This document shows, one piece after another, positions 24,067 through 31,677 of a stretch of 32,000 nucleotides of DNA. Source of the stretch: Candidatus Iainarchaeum sp. (GTDB taxonomy: Archaea > Iainarchaeota > Iainarchaeia > Iainarchaeales > JAZDEL01). A program made the translations under genes and the position numbers. The notes below the pieces were generated by a model. The model searched no databases. It was not told where the DNA came from and saw only the letters and a list, made by a program, of their open reading frames with translations. Location of the stretch: contig JAZDEL010000001.1 of the NCBI GenBank assembly GCA_043808785.1, forward strand, positions 150,001 through 182,000, written 5' to 3'. Each line of letters starts with the position of its first letter. The first letter of the stretch is position 1.

Positions 24067-26925
24067 TCATGTCACGGTTATTGTCCCCAGTTTTGCATGG
24101 GAGCGCCCGCCGCCGATTGCATTGGCGGAGAAAGTGTATGTGCCCGGGTCTGCGGAGACATTGATTGTTATGGGAATGGCCTGCGATGCGTTTGCCTGCA
24201 GCACTACGGAGTAAGAGCCGAGCGTTGCGGACGAGTTCTGCGGCAGATGCTCCACGGAAACGAATATTATCGAGCTGCTGAACCCTGATGTCGGGGTAAG
24301 CGTCATCAGGAAGTTCAATGTCCCGTAAGCGCTGCTTGAGGCGCTTTCCGGAATAATGCCTATGGTGAAGTCCTCCCCGGCAGGAATCTGCCTTGAAACA
24401 TAGAGGATTACTGACGCAGATGCAGAAGCGCCCCAGTGTTTCCAGTCCGAGTCCGCCGCTATTTTGATCTGGTGTATTCCTGCAGGCATCGAGCCGTCGG
24501 TCTGGATTGAAAGCCTGATGTTTTTGGTGCCATCAGGGTTCGGCATTGCGGGATTTTCGCTGAACGAGTATGAAGCGCCCTGCGGCAGCCCTTCGGCAGA
24601 GAGCCTCACGGGCAGGCCGAAGCCGTTCTCGGATTTCAGCGCTATATCGAAGCTCGCGCTCTGCCCTGCGTCAATCAATTTCGGTGCTGCGCCCGAAGCC
24701 AGGGAAAAGTCCCAGCCCTTTTCCATTACCCTGACATAGAACCTGCTCTCATCAAGGGAGTTCCCTGCCCTGACTTTAACCCTGAAGCGGTACTCCCCCC
24801 AGGGCGGGGTCGAGTATTGCGTCTGCATTTCAAACCTCGCGGTTCTTGACGCGCCGGCTGCCAGGGGGGCTGAGGTGCCCGCATCAAAGGTGTAAGGCAT
24901 TGTCTCGTTGTCGTCCCTTTCAATGCTGATTTCCACAGGCTTGGTGCCCGTGCCCCTGGCTGACGAAACCGTTATTTCAAGGCCTGCCCTGCCGCCCTGC
25001 TCGACAGATATTACGCCGGGAATGTCCGATACCGAGAAATCCGGCTTGAATTTTGCCTCTATCGTGTACGGGATAGCCATCAGCAGCCTCAGCCTCCGCG
25101 GGTTTGCAGCGTCTATCTCCCAGTACTCAGACGCAGGAAGCCCCTGCATTGACTGCCCGTCGATAAGCCATTCATAGAACGGGTCTCCGGCGGGACTCTG
25201 CGACGGCGCGGTTATCCAGACCTCGGTGCCTTTTTTTATAAACCCCCCGCTGCCGAGCAAAAAGTTTTCGACGAAATCTTTTTCCGCGTAATCGCCGCTG
25301 CCGCCTGACCAGAGCTGCTTGTTTTCAAGCGCCAGCTTGTAGTATATTTCATAGTTTGCGTTTATGAGGGTGGGCCTTTTCAGGGTGTGGAAGAAAAATG
25401 TCCAGGGCGGCATGCTGCCGTCATCCTTGAAAAACTCGGGCAAAGCCGCGGCATATGTTGTTTTCTTCCAGTCAAAGAATTCCTCGGCGTTTGTGTCTTC
25501 GGGCTGGCTTGCGCCCTGCTCCCCCTTGTATTCAAGCTCAAGGACGTCAAACGACTGCAGGCCAAAGGCATAATAATCGAAAGCCTTCCTGTTCAGAATC
25601 TGCACAGGAATCTGGCTGTCGTATCTGAAGCGCGCAGCCTCCGGCAGGACATAGCCCGGGTTTCCCGCAAAATAATAGTGCGCCTCATATACCCTCTCGA
25701 AAATGCTGTTCAGCAGCAGCACCTTTATCGTGATATTCGGCGGGATTGTATGCGTCGTTATGCATCTCGGCAGGATTAATTCAAAATTCTGGCTTTTTAT
25801 GAAATATTCATACGGATTCCCGAACCCGCCGCTGTTGAGCCAGACATGCATGTCCAAAAAAGGCTTGTAAGTGTAGCAGTGCGGGTAATTGCCCTTTGTC
25901 AGGCTTTCATTCGCGGACTGCAGGCCGTACGCGCTGACAATCTGCTCCTCGGTCATGCCCTCTGTGCCGCCCAGGATTATGCCCCGGTACTTTTTGTCGA
26001 TCGCCTCGTCCGCAGGCAGGACTGCCTGGTGCAGGTCCTCCAGCAAGTGGATGCCTTTGCTGTCGGCGGCAAATCTGGCGATATATGAAGCCATCTGCCC
26101 GTCGCATTGGAGCGGCGTTCCGCCTGTGAGCACAAGCCAGCAGTTCCCGAGGTCCCAGATAACGCTCGGATATGCCTCGTCAAGCTCCTGGTAGTTGTCC
26201 TGATAGAAGCCCTCAATGTCTATGCCCTCGCCTTCCTCCATGGGTTCCGGAAGGGAAACCAAGCCCGAAGCAATGCCCAAAACAAGGTTGCCGAGCGCGG
26301 GCTGCTGCTGCGCGTTCTGCGATTTCCTCGCATCCGGCGGGGAGGTGGACAGCGCCTGCCCGGAAATTTTTTCCTCGTCAAGCGGCGCAAAGCTGCTCTT
26401 CAGCGCCCGGAGCGCGTCGCCCTTTGTCCTGCCGAGATAAACCGCAACCTGCTGTTCCTGCCTGAACACGTTTTCCTTCAGGAGCGAAAGAGGAACCCTT
26501 GATTTTTCCGCCAGCGAAAGCTCCTCATCCGAAACAATGCCCCCGACTATATTCCGCATGGCAGTGCTGCTGTCGAGGCCGAAAACAACCGCAATCAGGC
26601 TGCCCTGCTTTTTTGCCTCAAACCCCTCGGGCGTGACGAATTCAAACTCCAGAGCCTGATTCGGAATTCCAGAAAAAAATTCCCTTGCCGCTTTAATGAT
26701 GTCCGCATCCGCAAGGACAACAATTTTCAGCTCGTTCAGGCGCAGGGGCTCTGCAGCGGCCGTTGCCGGCATCTGCGCAAAGCCCTCGGCGCCGGGAAAA
26801 AGGGTTTCGGCGCATGTTGCTTGGGCTTCCTGCGCCTGCGGCTGCGCTGCCAAAAGAAACAACGAAGCCGCAAGCAGGGTTGCGAAAAAGCATGCCAGCG
26901 CAACAAGGTATTTTTCCTTCGGCAT
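24067..26925 (-). CDS. large secreted surface protein (952 aa) with C-terminal Ig-like/CARDB-like repeats
   Basis: Signal anchor MPKEKYLVALACFFATLLAASLFLLAA. The C-terminal third has three beta-rich modules of about 100 aa (..GRAGLEITVSS.., ..GQSASFDIALKS.., ..ASQAIPITINVSADPGTYTF..). Confidence 0.8.
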   Translation of the reverse strand: MPKEKYLVALACFFATLLAASLFLLAAQPQAQEAQATCAETLFPGAEGFAQMPATAAAEPLRLNELKIVVLADADIIKAAREFFSGIPNQALEFEFVTPEGFEAKKQGSLIAVVFGLDSSTAMRNIVGGIVSDEELSLAEKSRVPLSLLKENVFRQEQQVAVYLGRTKGDALRALKSSFAPLDEEKISGQALSTSPPDARKSQNAQQQPALGNLVLGIASGLVSLPEPMEEGEGIDIEGFYQDNYQELDEAYPSVIWDLGNCWLVLTGGTPLQCDGQMASYIARFAADSKGIHLLEDLHQAVLPADEAIDKKYRGIILGGTEGMTEEQIVSAYGLQSANESLTKGNYPHCYTYKPFLDMHVWLNSGGFGNPYEYFIKSQNFELILPRCITTHTIPPNITIKVLLLNSIFERVYEAHYYFAGNPGYVLPEAARFRYDSQIPVQILNRKAFDYYAFGLQSFDVLELEYKGEQGASQPEDTNAEEFFDWKKTTYAAALPEFFKDDGSMPPWTFFFHTLKRPTLINANYEIYYKLALENKQLWSGGSGDYAEKDFVENFLLGSGGFIKKGTEVWITAPSQSPAGDPFYEWLIDGQSMQGLPASEYWEIDAANPRRLRLLMAIPYTIEAKFKPDFSVSDIPGVISVEQGGRAGLEITVSSARGTGTKPVEISIERDDNETMPYTFDAGTSAPLAAGASRTARFEMQTQYSTPPWGEYRFRVKVRAGNSLDESRFYVRVMEKGWDFSLASGAAPKLIDAGQSASFDIALKSENGFGLPVRLSAEGLPQGASYSFSENPAMPNPDGTKNIRLSIQTDGSMPAGIHQIKIAADSDWKHWGASASASVILYVSRQIPAGEDFTIGIIPESASSSAYGTLNFLMTLTPTSGFSSSIIFVSVEHLPQNSSATLGSYSVVLQANASQAIPITINVSADPGTYTFSANAIGGGRSHAKLGTITVT

Positions 26926-26949
26926 TCGTACCCTAAATGCGTGAAGTGG

Positions 26950-26957
26950 TATTTAAA
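26950..26957 (-). promoter_or_regulatory. TATA box tttaaata (minus strand) for the 24067-26925 operon
   Basis: Centre is about 28 nt upstream of ATG 26925. Confidence 0.35.
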
Positions 26958-27083
26958 CATGCCCCGAACCCCATCCGGTGAAAAACTTGGCAAAACCCTG
27001 AAACTCGGCGGCTTGCCGGGGCGGTTTTTTGGGGTTTGGGCATTTCGGGAGTTTTTCAATGGAGCCGGGGCGCACACAAAAGC

Positions 27084-27092
27084 CTTAAATAG
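27084..27092 (+). promoter_or_regulatory. TATA box cttaaatag for the LRR lipoprotein gene
   Basis: Centre is 26 nt upstream of ATG 27114. Confidence 0.35.
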
Positions 27093-27113
27093 TAGTTTAA
27101 ATTAATTTCCTGC

Positions 27114-28082
27114 ATGAAATCGTTTTTCCTGCTCTGCCTTATTGTGCCCGCGCTGCTGCTTTGCGGCTGCGCGCAGGAGCCCAGGCCGGGAGCAGGCGCT
27201 GGCGCTGCTGCGGAATACGGCTGCGATTACAGCTGGTACCAGAAAATAACGGATAAGGCAACGGGGGAAATAGTATGGGCATGCCCCGGCACGCACCCAT
27301 ACTGCAAAACAGGGACTGCGCAGTGCTGCAAATACGACGACGAGAAAAAGGAGCACTTTGACTGCATTGATTGCAGGGACGGGCGCTGCAGCGGGACTTC
27401 CCCCGCATACCGGGATGAAAGCGGGAAGGAGCCGGACGAAGCGCAAACATGCTCCAATGCCGAGTATTCAACGGAAATAGCAAACGACTCATGGGCTTAC
27501 GGCTGGGACAAGTTCATAGAGCTGGACTGGGAGAGCCAAAACAGGCTGAGGGCAAAGGCTGCCGAGGAGGGAAGCACTGCCCTGCAGGGCATAAGCGATT
27601 TGGGCTGCATAGAATACCTCGACCTCAGCGCGTTCGATTACAAGGAATATAAGGGAATTACAAGCATTGCTGCCTTGAGCGCTGTTTCAAGCCTGAAAGT
27701 GCTCCGGCTGAAAGCAACCCCGGTTTCGGACCTTTCCCCGATAAGCGGCTTAACCAATCTCGAGGAGCTTGACCTGATAGGTGCCGATATTTCCAGCCTG
27801 TCCGCAATAAGCGGCCTCAAAAAATTGAAGGTTCTGAGAATAAACCTGACTGATGTTTCGGACCTTTCCCCGCTGGGCGGGCTGGCAAGCCTTGAATATT
27901 TCTCCATGAACCGCGTGAAAGTTACGGACATCTCGCCTCTGGCAGGCCTCAAGAGTTTGAAAGACGCAGACCTGATGTACAACGAGCAGATTCCGCAGCA
28001 GGACTGCATTGCATTGAGGGAGCAGCTCCCGAACACCGATGTCTGCTGCCCGGGAATCGGCTGCGACCCGAGATTCAATTAG
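27114..28082 (+). CDS. lipoprotein with Cys-rich N-terminal module and internalin-like leucine-rich repeats
   Basis: Lipobox LLLCGC. Cys-rich 60 aa. Then at least 6 repeats of 22 aa: L..L.L....VSDLSPL.GL..L. Confidence 0.85.
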   Translation: MKSFFLLCLIVPALLLCGCAQEPRPGAGAGAAAEYGCDYSWYQKITDKATGEIVWACPGTHPYCKTGTAQCCKYDDEKKEHFDCIDCRDGRCSGTSPAYRDESGKEPDEAQTCSNAEYSTEIANDSWAYGWDKFIELDWESQNRLRAKAAEEGSTALQGISDLGCIEYLDLSAFDYKEYKGITSIAALSAVSSLKVLRLKATPVSDLSPISGLTNLEELDLIGADISSLSAISGLKKLKVLRINLTDVSDLSPLGGLASLEYFSMNRVKVTDISPLAGLKSLKDADLMYNEQIPQQDCIALREQLPNTDVCCPGIGCDPRFN

Positions 28083-28087
28083 AACAG

Positions 28088-28391
28088 CCTTTTCGGAGCG
28101 CGAAACCTTTGCGGTTTCGCTTCCAAAAGGATTTCGGGCTTTTGCCCGAAAACTTTCGGCCAATGGCTGAAATCCTGGCGAAAACTGCAGTTGTTCGCCC
28201 GCAGGCGAACTGTTCTTGCGCGGACACAGTTCCGAAACTGCGCTAATTGGGCTTTGCCCAATTGCGCCCATTTGGCTACGGCCAAATAGGGCGTTTCGGA
28301 AATTTTCGGGCGTTACGCCCGAAGCCATCCGCGCGTGATGTGTGCGGCTTTCAGCCACGCTTGCCCGCCGAAGGCGGGCTATTTCTTTTGT
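28088..28391. repeat. intergenic array of GC-rich hairpins (copy 2 of the element family, inverted relative to copy 1)
   Basis: Hairpins at 28100-28120 (nested in 28088-28130), 28132-28151, 28154-28172, 28193-28210, 28245-28263, 28267-28290, 28305-28323, 28342-28360 and 28363-28379. Confidence 0.6.
28230..28301 (-). ncRNA. candidate structured element, copy 2 (three-helix core)
   Basis: On the minus strand: P1 ttccgaaac/gtttcggaa; H2 cctatttggc-cgta-gccaaatggg; linker cgc; H3 aattgggc-aaa-gcccaatt. Same architecture as 7060-7130. Confidence 0.4.
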
Positions 28392-28418
28392 CAACTTTTC
28401 TTTCCCAAAGAAAAGTTG
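28392..28418. terminator. perfect 12-bp palindrome caacttttcttt-ccc-aaagaaaagttg giving T tracts on both strands; candidate bidirectional terminator abutting the tRNA-Leu 3' end
   Basis: Arms at 28392-28403 and 28407-28418. On the minus strand CUUUUCUUU follows the tRNA discriminator immediately. Confidence 0.4.
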
Positions 28419-28501
28419 CAGGGAGCAGGATTCGAACCTGCGAAAGGCACTAAGCCACAGGGTTCTAAGCCCTGCCCCTTTGGCCGCTTGGGTATCCCTG
28501 C
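28417..28501 (-). tRNA. tRNA-Leu (anticodon UAG, complement of 28465-28467), 85 nt, long variable arm
   Basis: Acceptor GCAGGGA/TCCCTGC; D arm CCC-AAGCGGCCAAA-GGG; anticodon arm CAGGG-CTTAGAA-CCCTG; 16-nt variable arm; T arm GCAGG-TTCGAAT-CCTGC; discriminator A. Confidence 0.9.
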
Positions 28502-28527
28502 AATTGTAAAAATTAGTGTCTCGCGGA

Positions 28528-28535
28528 TTATATAA
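28528..28535 (-). promoter_or_regulatory. TATA box (ttatataa within palindromic ggattatataatcc) for tRNA-Leu
   Basis: 27-34 nt upstream of the tRNA 5' end at 28501. Confidence 0.4.
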
Positions 28536-28549
28536 TCCTTTTCCCGCGC

Positions 28550-28608
28550 CCTAAACAAACTCCACGTCGCGCACCTGCGCAACCGCGCCGCACCTAAACA
28601 AACTCCAC
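28550..28608. repeat. 16-nt perfect direct repeat cctaaacaaactccac (28550-28565 and 28593-28608)
   Basis: The second copy is the last four codons plus the stop of the KH gene. The first copy lies 43 nt downstream of it on the coding strand. Confidence 0.7.
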
Positions 28609-29091
28609 AGTAACATCCGCGTTCAGCAGCATCTTCAGCCCCTTCTCAAGCCCGGCAGCATCCGTGATTGCCTTGCTTTCATCCGCCTTCGCAATCTTGA
28701 CCTTAAAACTCGTGCTCTCCTGCCTGAAAACCTTGTCCACGCCCATCAGCCTCGCCATCCCCACAAAATCCTGTATCATTTTCTTCTCGTCCCTGCTCTT
28801 CTCCACTATGCGCACCTTCTTCCCTAAATCGCGGCTCATCTCCGCGACAATAATTCCGCGCCTCCCTATGATGGAGCCAATCTTCCCCGTGCAGAGCAGC
28901 ACTATCAGCCCGTTTAACTCCAGCGCCTTCCTGAACTCTATGTCGGGCTCGAAAAATCGCCTTGAAAGCTTGTAAAGCAGCCTTGAAACCCGCACATCCA
29001 GCTCGCTAATCTCGTGCGCGTCGAACTTCCTCTGGCACTCTATGCACAGCACATCCCTTTTCAGGTCGTTCTCACATATCGCAGTGCGCAA
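28594..29091 (-). CDS. KH-domain RNA-binding protein, archaeal NusA-like, with N-terminal Cys cluster
   Basis: KH GxxG loop in GKIGSIIGRRGIIVAEMSRDLGKKVRIVE. N-terminal C-x9-C-x2-C. There is no ATG near the 5' end, and the track start is TTG 29091. Confidence 0.6.
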   Translation of the reverse strand: MRTAICENDLKRDVLCIECQRKFDAHEISELDVRVSRLLYKLSRRFFEPDIEFRKALELNGLIVLLCTGKIGSIIGRRGIIVAEMSRDLGKKVRIVEKSRDEKKMIQDFVGMARLMGVDKVFRQESTSFKVKIAKADESKAITDAAGLEKGLKMLLNADVTVEFV

Positions 29092-29123
29092 AAAACCACC
29101 CGCCTTGCGGCGCGTACATGTAA

Positions 29124-29146
29124 ATAAAAAGGGGAAAAAAGAAACC
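29124..29146 (-). terminator. oligo-T tracts downstream of albA
   Basis: The minus strand reads tttcttttttccccttttt directly after the albA stop at 29155. Confidence 0.35.
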
Positions 29147-29154
29147 CCCGAAAC

Positions 29155-29427
29155 TCACTTATTGAGGGTTATCTCTATTGCCGAAACCTTCAGCGGGTTG
29201 CCCTCGTCCGTGGCGATTTCCTCCGTTGAAATCTCTATGCCTCCGAGCTTTATCTGCTGCATGAACTTGTTTTTCACTATTTCGGCGACATCCACAGCGC
29301 GCGATATGGCCTTGCCGCGCGCCTTAAGAGTGACAGTCTTTGCCCCCATATTCAGCTGCGTAACCACCGCAAGCACGTATGCCATGGTTCCCTTCTTTCC
29401 TACGAACACAATGTTCTCTTCAGCCAT
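29155..29427 (-). CDS. albA: Alba (Sac10b) DNA/RNA-binding chromatin protein
   Basis: [51 protein letters not shown] is near-consensus Alba. GGAGGT SD lies 6 nt upstream of the ATG. Confidence 0.95.
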   Translation of the reverse strand: MAEENIVFVGKKGTMAYVLAVVTQLNMGAKTVTLKARGKAISRAVDVAEIVKNKFMQQIKLGGIEISTEEIATDEGNPLKVSAIEITLNK

Positions 29428-29545
29428 TGGAATACCTCCGTAATTGGTGCCTGTTGCAGATATCCCTGCACTGTGCTTCTAATATAATGCCTGTAACGGT
29501 TTTAAATGGTTGCGTTTTTCCGATGGGGAGAAAACCCGGATTGCG

Positions 29546-29566
29546 AAAAAAACAACAAAAACCAGC
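29546..29566 (-). terminator. oligo-T tracts downstream of the 29660-30514 gene
   Basis: The minus strand reads ctggtttttgttgtttttttcgc. Confidence 0.3.
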
Positions 29567-29659
29567 GGGCGGGTTTTTTGGGTTTGTTTTTCAGGGCGGC
29601 ATGCGGCAAGCCGATGCATGGCTGCCTGTTTTGGAACAATGCCCTTATGCAGGAACCCT

Positions 29660-30514
29660 TTACTTCAGGTACCTGAGCGTTGATTCAAATATCCCGCGCG
29701 TTGTGCCCGGGTTATAGTTGAAATAGATGCTCTTGCCAATCACAAGCTTCTTCTCCACAATCGCGGGGTACTGCTTCTTTGTGGGGCCGACATCCTCGAT
29801 GTATGCAATTTCCTTGCCGTCCGTGGTAACATCAAGTACCGTGAAATATTCGTTCACCATGGGATCCGCGGGCGCAACAGGTATGCCGCGCATTATGGGG
29901 TGTTCCTCGTCTATGCGGTATATCTTGCCCATTACACTTATCCTGTTCATGCACACGGGCTGGTTGTTTATTACCCTGTCGCAGTCCACGGGCACGACGC
30001 TGCCGAAGGTGTTCTTCCATCCCGCAACATCCGGCGCACCCGGCCTTGTTATTCCCGAGTCAAGCACAACAATCAGTTTCCCGCCGCGCTTTACGTAGCC
30101 CTCTATGGCTTCGCCGAGTTCGCGCGATACCGACTTATTCGCCTGCTCCTGCTGGTCGAGCATCACAATATCGTAATATGCCAGCTGCTCCTTCGGGTTC
30201 CTCTCAAGCATGGAAGGGTCCATTATCCTGTATGCCACAAGATCGCGCGAGTCGTCGAGTATTGTTATTACTTCCTGCGATGTCGCGCCTATTATGAGCA
30301 TGCTCGATGGCTGGCTCTTGCCCTTTATAATGTCCGCAACAACCCCCACAACGGGCGTGTTGCTGGTTATCACATCAAACTGCACCGCAAGGAAAAACCC
30401 TATCACAAGAATGAGAATAACGGGAATAAGCCCCTCAAGGTTGTGCGTTACCGCGTACTTGAAATTTCCCCCGCCCCCGGGTTCCGGTGCCGCGCCCCCC
30501 TCTTCAGGATACAT
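29660..30514 (-). CDS. membrane-anchored protein with GATase1-like (ThuA/DUF4159-like) fold candidate; paralog of the upstream gene
   Basis: N-terminal TM LIPVILILVIGFFLAV. YDIVMLDQQ...IEGYVKRGGKLIVVLDSG and EEHPIMRGIP motifs. ATG 30514 is preceded by aggtga. The upstream part of the track ORF overlaps the neighbouring gene. Confidence 0.65.
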   Translation of the reverse strand: MYPEEGGAAPEPGGGGNFKYAVTHNLEGLIPVILILVIGFFLAVQFDVITSNTPVVGVVADIIKGKSQPSSMLIIGATSQEVITILDDSRDLVAYRIMDPSMLERNPKEQLAYYDIVMLDQQEQANKSVSRELGEAIEGYVKRGGKLIVVLDSGITRPGAPDVAGWKNTFGSVVPVDCDRVINNQPVCMNRISVMGKIYRIDEEHPIMRGIPVAPADPMVNEYFTVLDVTTDGKEIAYIEDVGPTKKQYPAIVEKKLVIGKSIYFNYNPGTTRGIFESTLRYLK

Positions 30515-30645
30515 CAATTCACCTTTCCAGCGGTTTTCCCGATTATATTTCTGCTTCACTCTGATTATATACCTTACGCATGCGCGCTGCGCAGCGTAAA
30601 CATTAACCGCTTTGGGGTTAATAAACTTTTCCCCAGCCCTTGCGC

Positions 30646-31677
30646 CTACGAAATCCTCAGCATGCCGTAATACATATTCTCCACAAGGCTGTAGTAGCAG
30701 TGCTCGGTGCATTCCTCCCCCGGCTCGTTCGGCCTGACGAACTGTTCGGGGGGCAGGGCATAATAAGCCCACCTCTCTCCAGTCCCCGCGGTTACGATAA
30801 CCGGAAAGTTCCTTCCCAAATCCATTTTGTTCTTCGAGATAAGGTTCCCGCCGTAATCCACGCTGAGCACGCGCGTGCTGCTTCCCCCTTCCTCGTCCAC
30901 AATCGCGAAATCCCCATACATTATGAGGTTCGGGTTCAGGCCGTAAATCAGCGGGTGCTCGTTCTCCTGCCCTATGTCAAGCCTTCCTATCTGCGGCGCC
31001 CCGCTTTTACAATCCTTGAACTGGCAGTAATTCCCTATGTACCTGAGGTTAAGCATCGTGTCGAGGTTTATGCTGAGGTTCCTGTCCCCGTCGCGGTAAT
31101 GCCTTGCCCACGGGCTGAGTTCCTTAACCTGCGCGCGCCACATGCAGTTTATGTCGTCTATCTTCAGCTGCTTGTCGCGCCAGAGCTTCTCCTGGTCTAT
31201 GTCCTCGCATATATCCAGGCCCGCGCGCTCGTACTGGTAAAGCATCCTGTCGCCCGAAGCAAGTTCCGCTCCCGCGTCCCCCGTCCATACAAGCCTTCCT
31301 CCCCCGATTGCGTAATCCACAAGCATCTTCATTTTCTCGGTGCTCATTGTGCGCGCGTGCTCCACAATTACAAGCTGGTATTTTTTCAGGTTCCCGAGGG
31401 TTACGGTATCGATGTGCGCGGTGCGCGCCCTAACGCCTATGCGCCCCCTGTCCCCGAGTACGCTCTGCAGCAGCTGCGGGTCCCCCAGCCCGTCATCGCC
31501 GTAAACAATCAGCACCTGCGGCTCGCCGAAAACCGCCCGCCACACTGTGCAGCCCTCGGGGATAACATTGCAGCCGAAGACCCACATCACGACGCCGAGC
31601 AGCACTCCAACAAGCACGAGCAGGATTGCGGCCCTGTACGCCAGGTATGGCAAAGACTGCTGCTGCATTCCGTTCAT
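30646..31677 (-). CDS. membrane-anchored protein, paralog of 29660-30514
   Basis: TM AAILLVLVGVLLGVVMWVF. YQLVIVEHA...VDYAIGGGRLVWTGDAG and NEHPLIYGLNP align with the downstream paralog. The track start is GTG 31686; ATG at 31677. Confidence 0.7.
   Translation of the reverse strand: MNGMQQQSLPYLAYRAAILLVLVGVLLGVVMWVFGCNVIPEGCTVWRAVFGEPQVLIVYGDDGLGDPQLLQSVLGDRGRIGVRARTAHIDTVTLGNLKKYQLVIVEHARTMSTEKMKMLVDYAIGGGRLVWTGDAGAELASGDRMLYQYERAGLDICEDIDQEKLWRDKQLKIDDINCMWRAQVKELSPWARHYRDGDRNLSINLDTMLNLRYIGNYCQFKDCKSGAPQIGRLDIGQENEHPLIYGLNPNLIMYGDFAIVDEEGGSSTRVLSVDYGGNLISKNKMDLGRNFPVIVTAGTGERWAYYALPPEQFVRPNEPGEECTEHCYYSLVENMYYGMLRIS

Noticed and set aside
23359-24288. 309-aa plus-strand ORF with internal periodicity (..SADL.. 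repeats), plus 22157-22843
   Set aside because: The periodicity is the mirror image of the BNR Asp-box repeats on the minus strand. The ORF also crosses the junction between two minus-strand genes.
28363-28379. Apparent C(UUCG)G tetraloop on the minus strand as evidence for RNA strandedness
   Set aside because: On checking the register, the stem is 7 bp with a 3-nt loop (ttc). A UUCG tetraloop would break the next base pair, so it gives no strand information.
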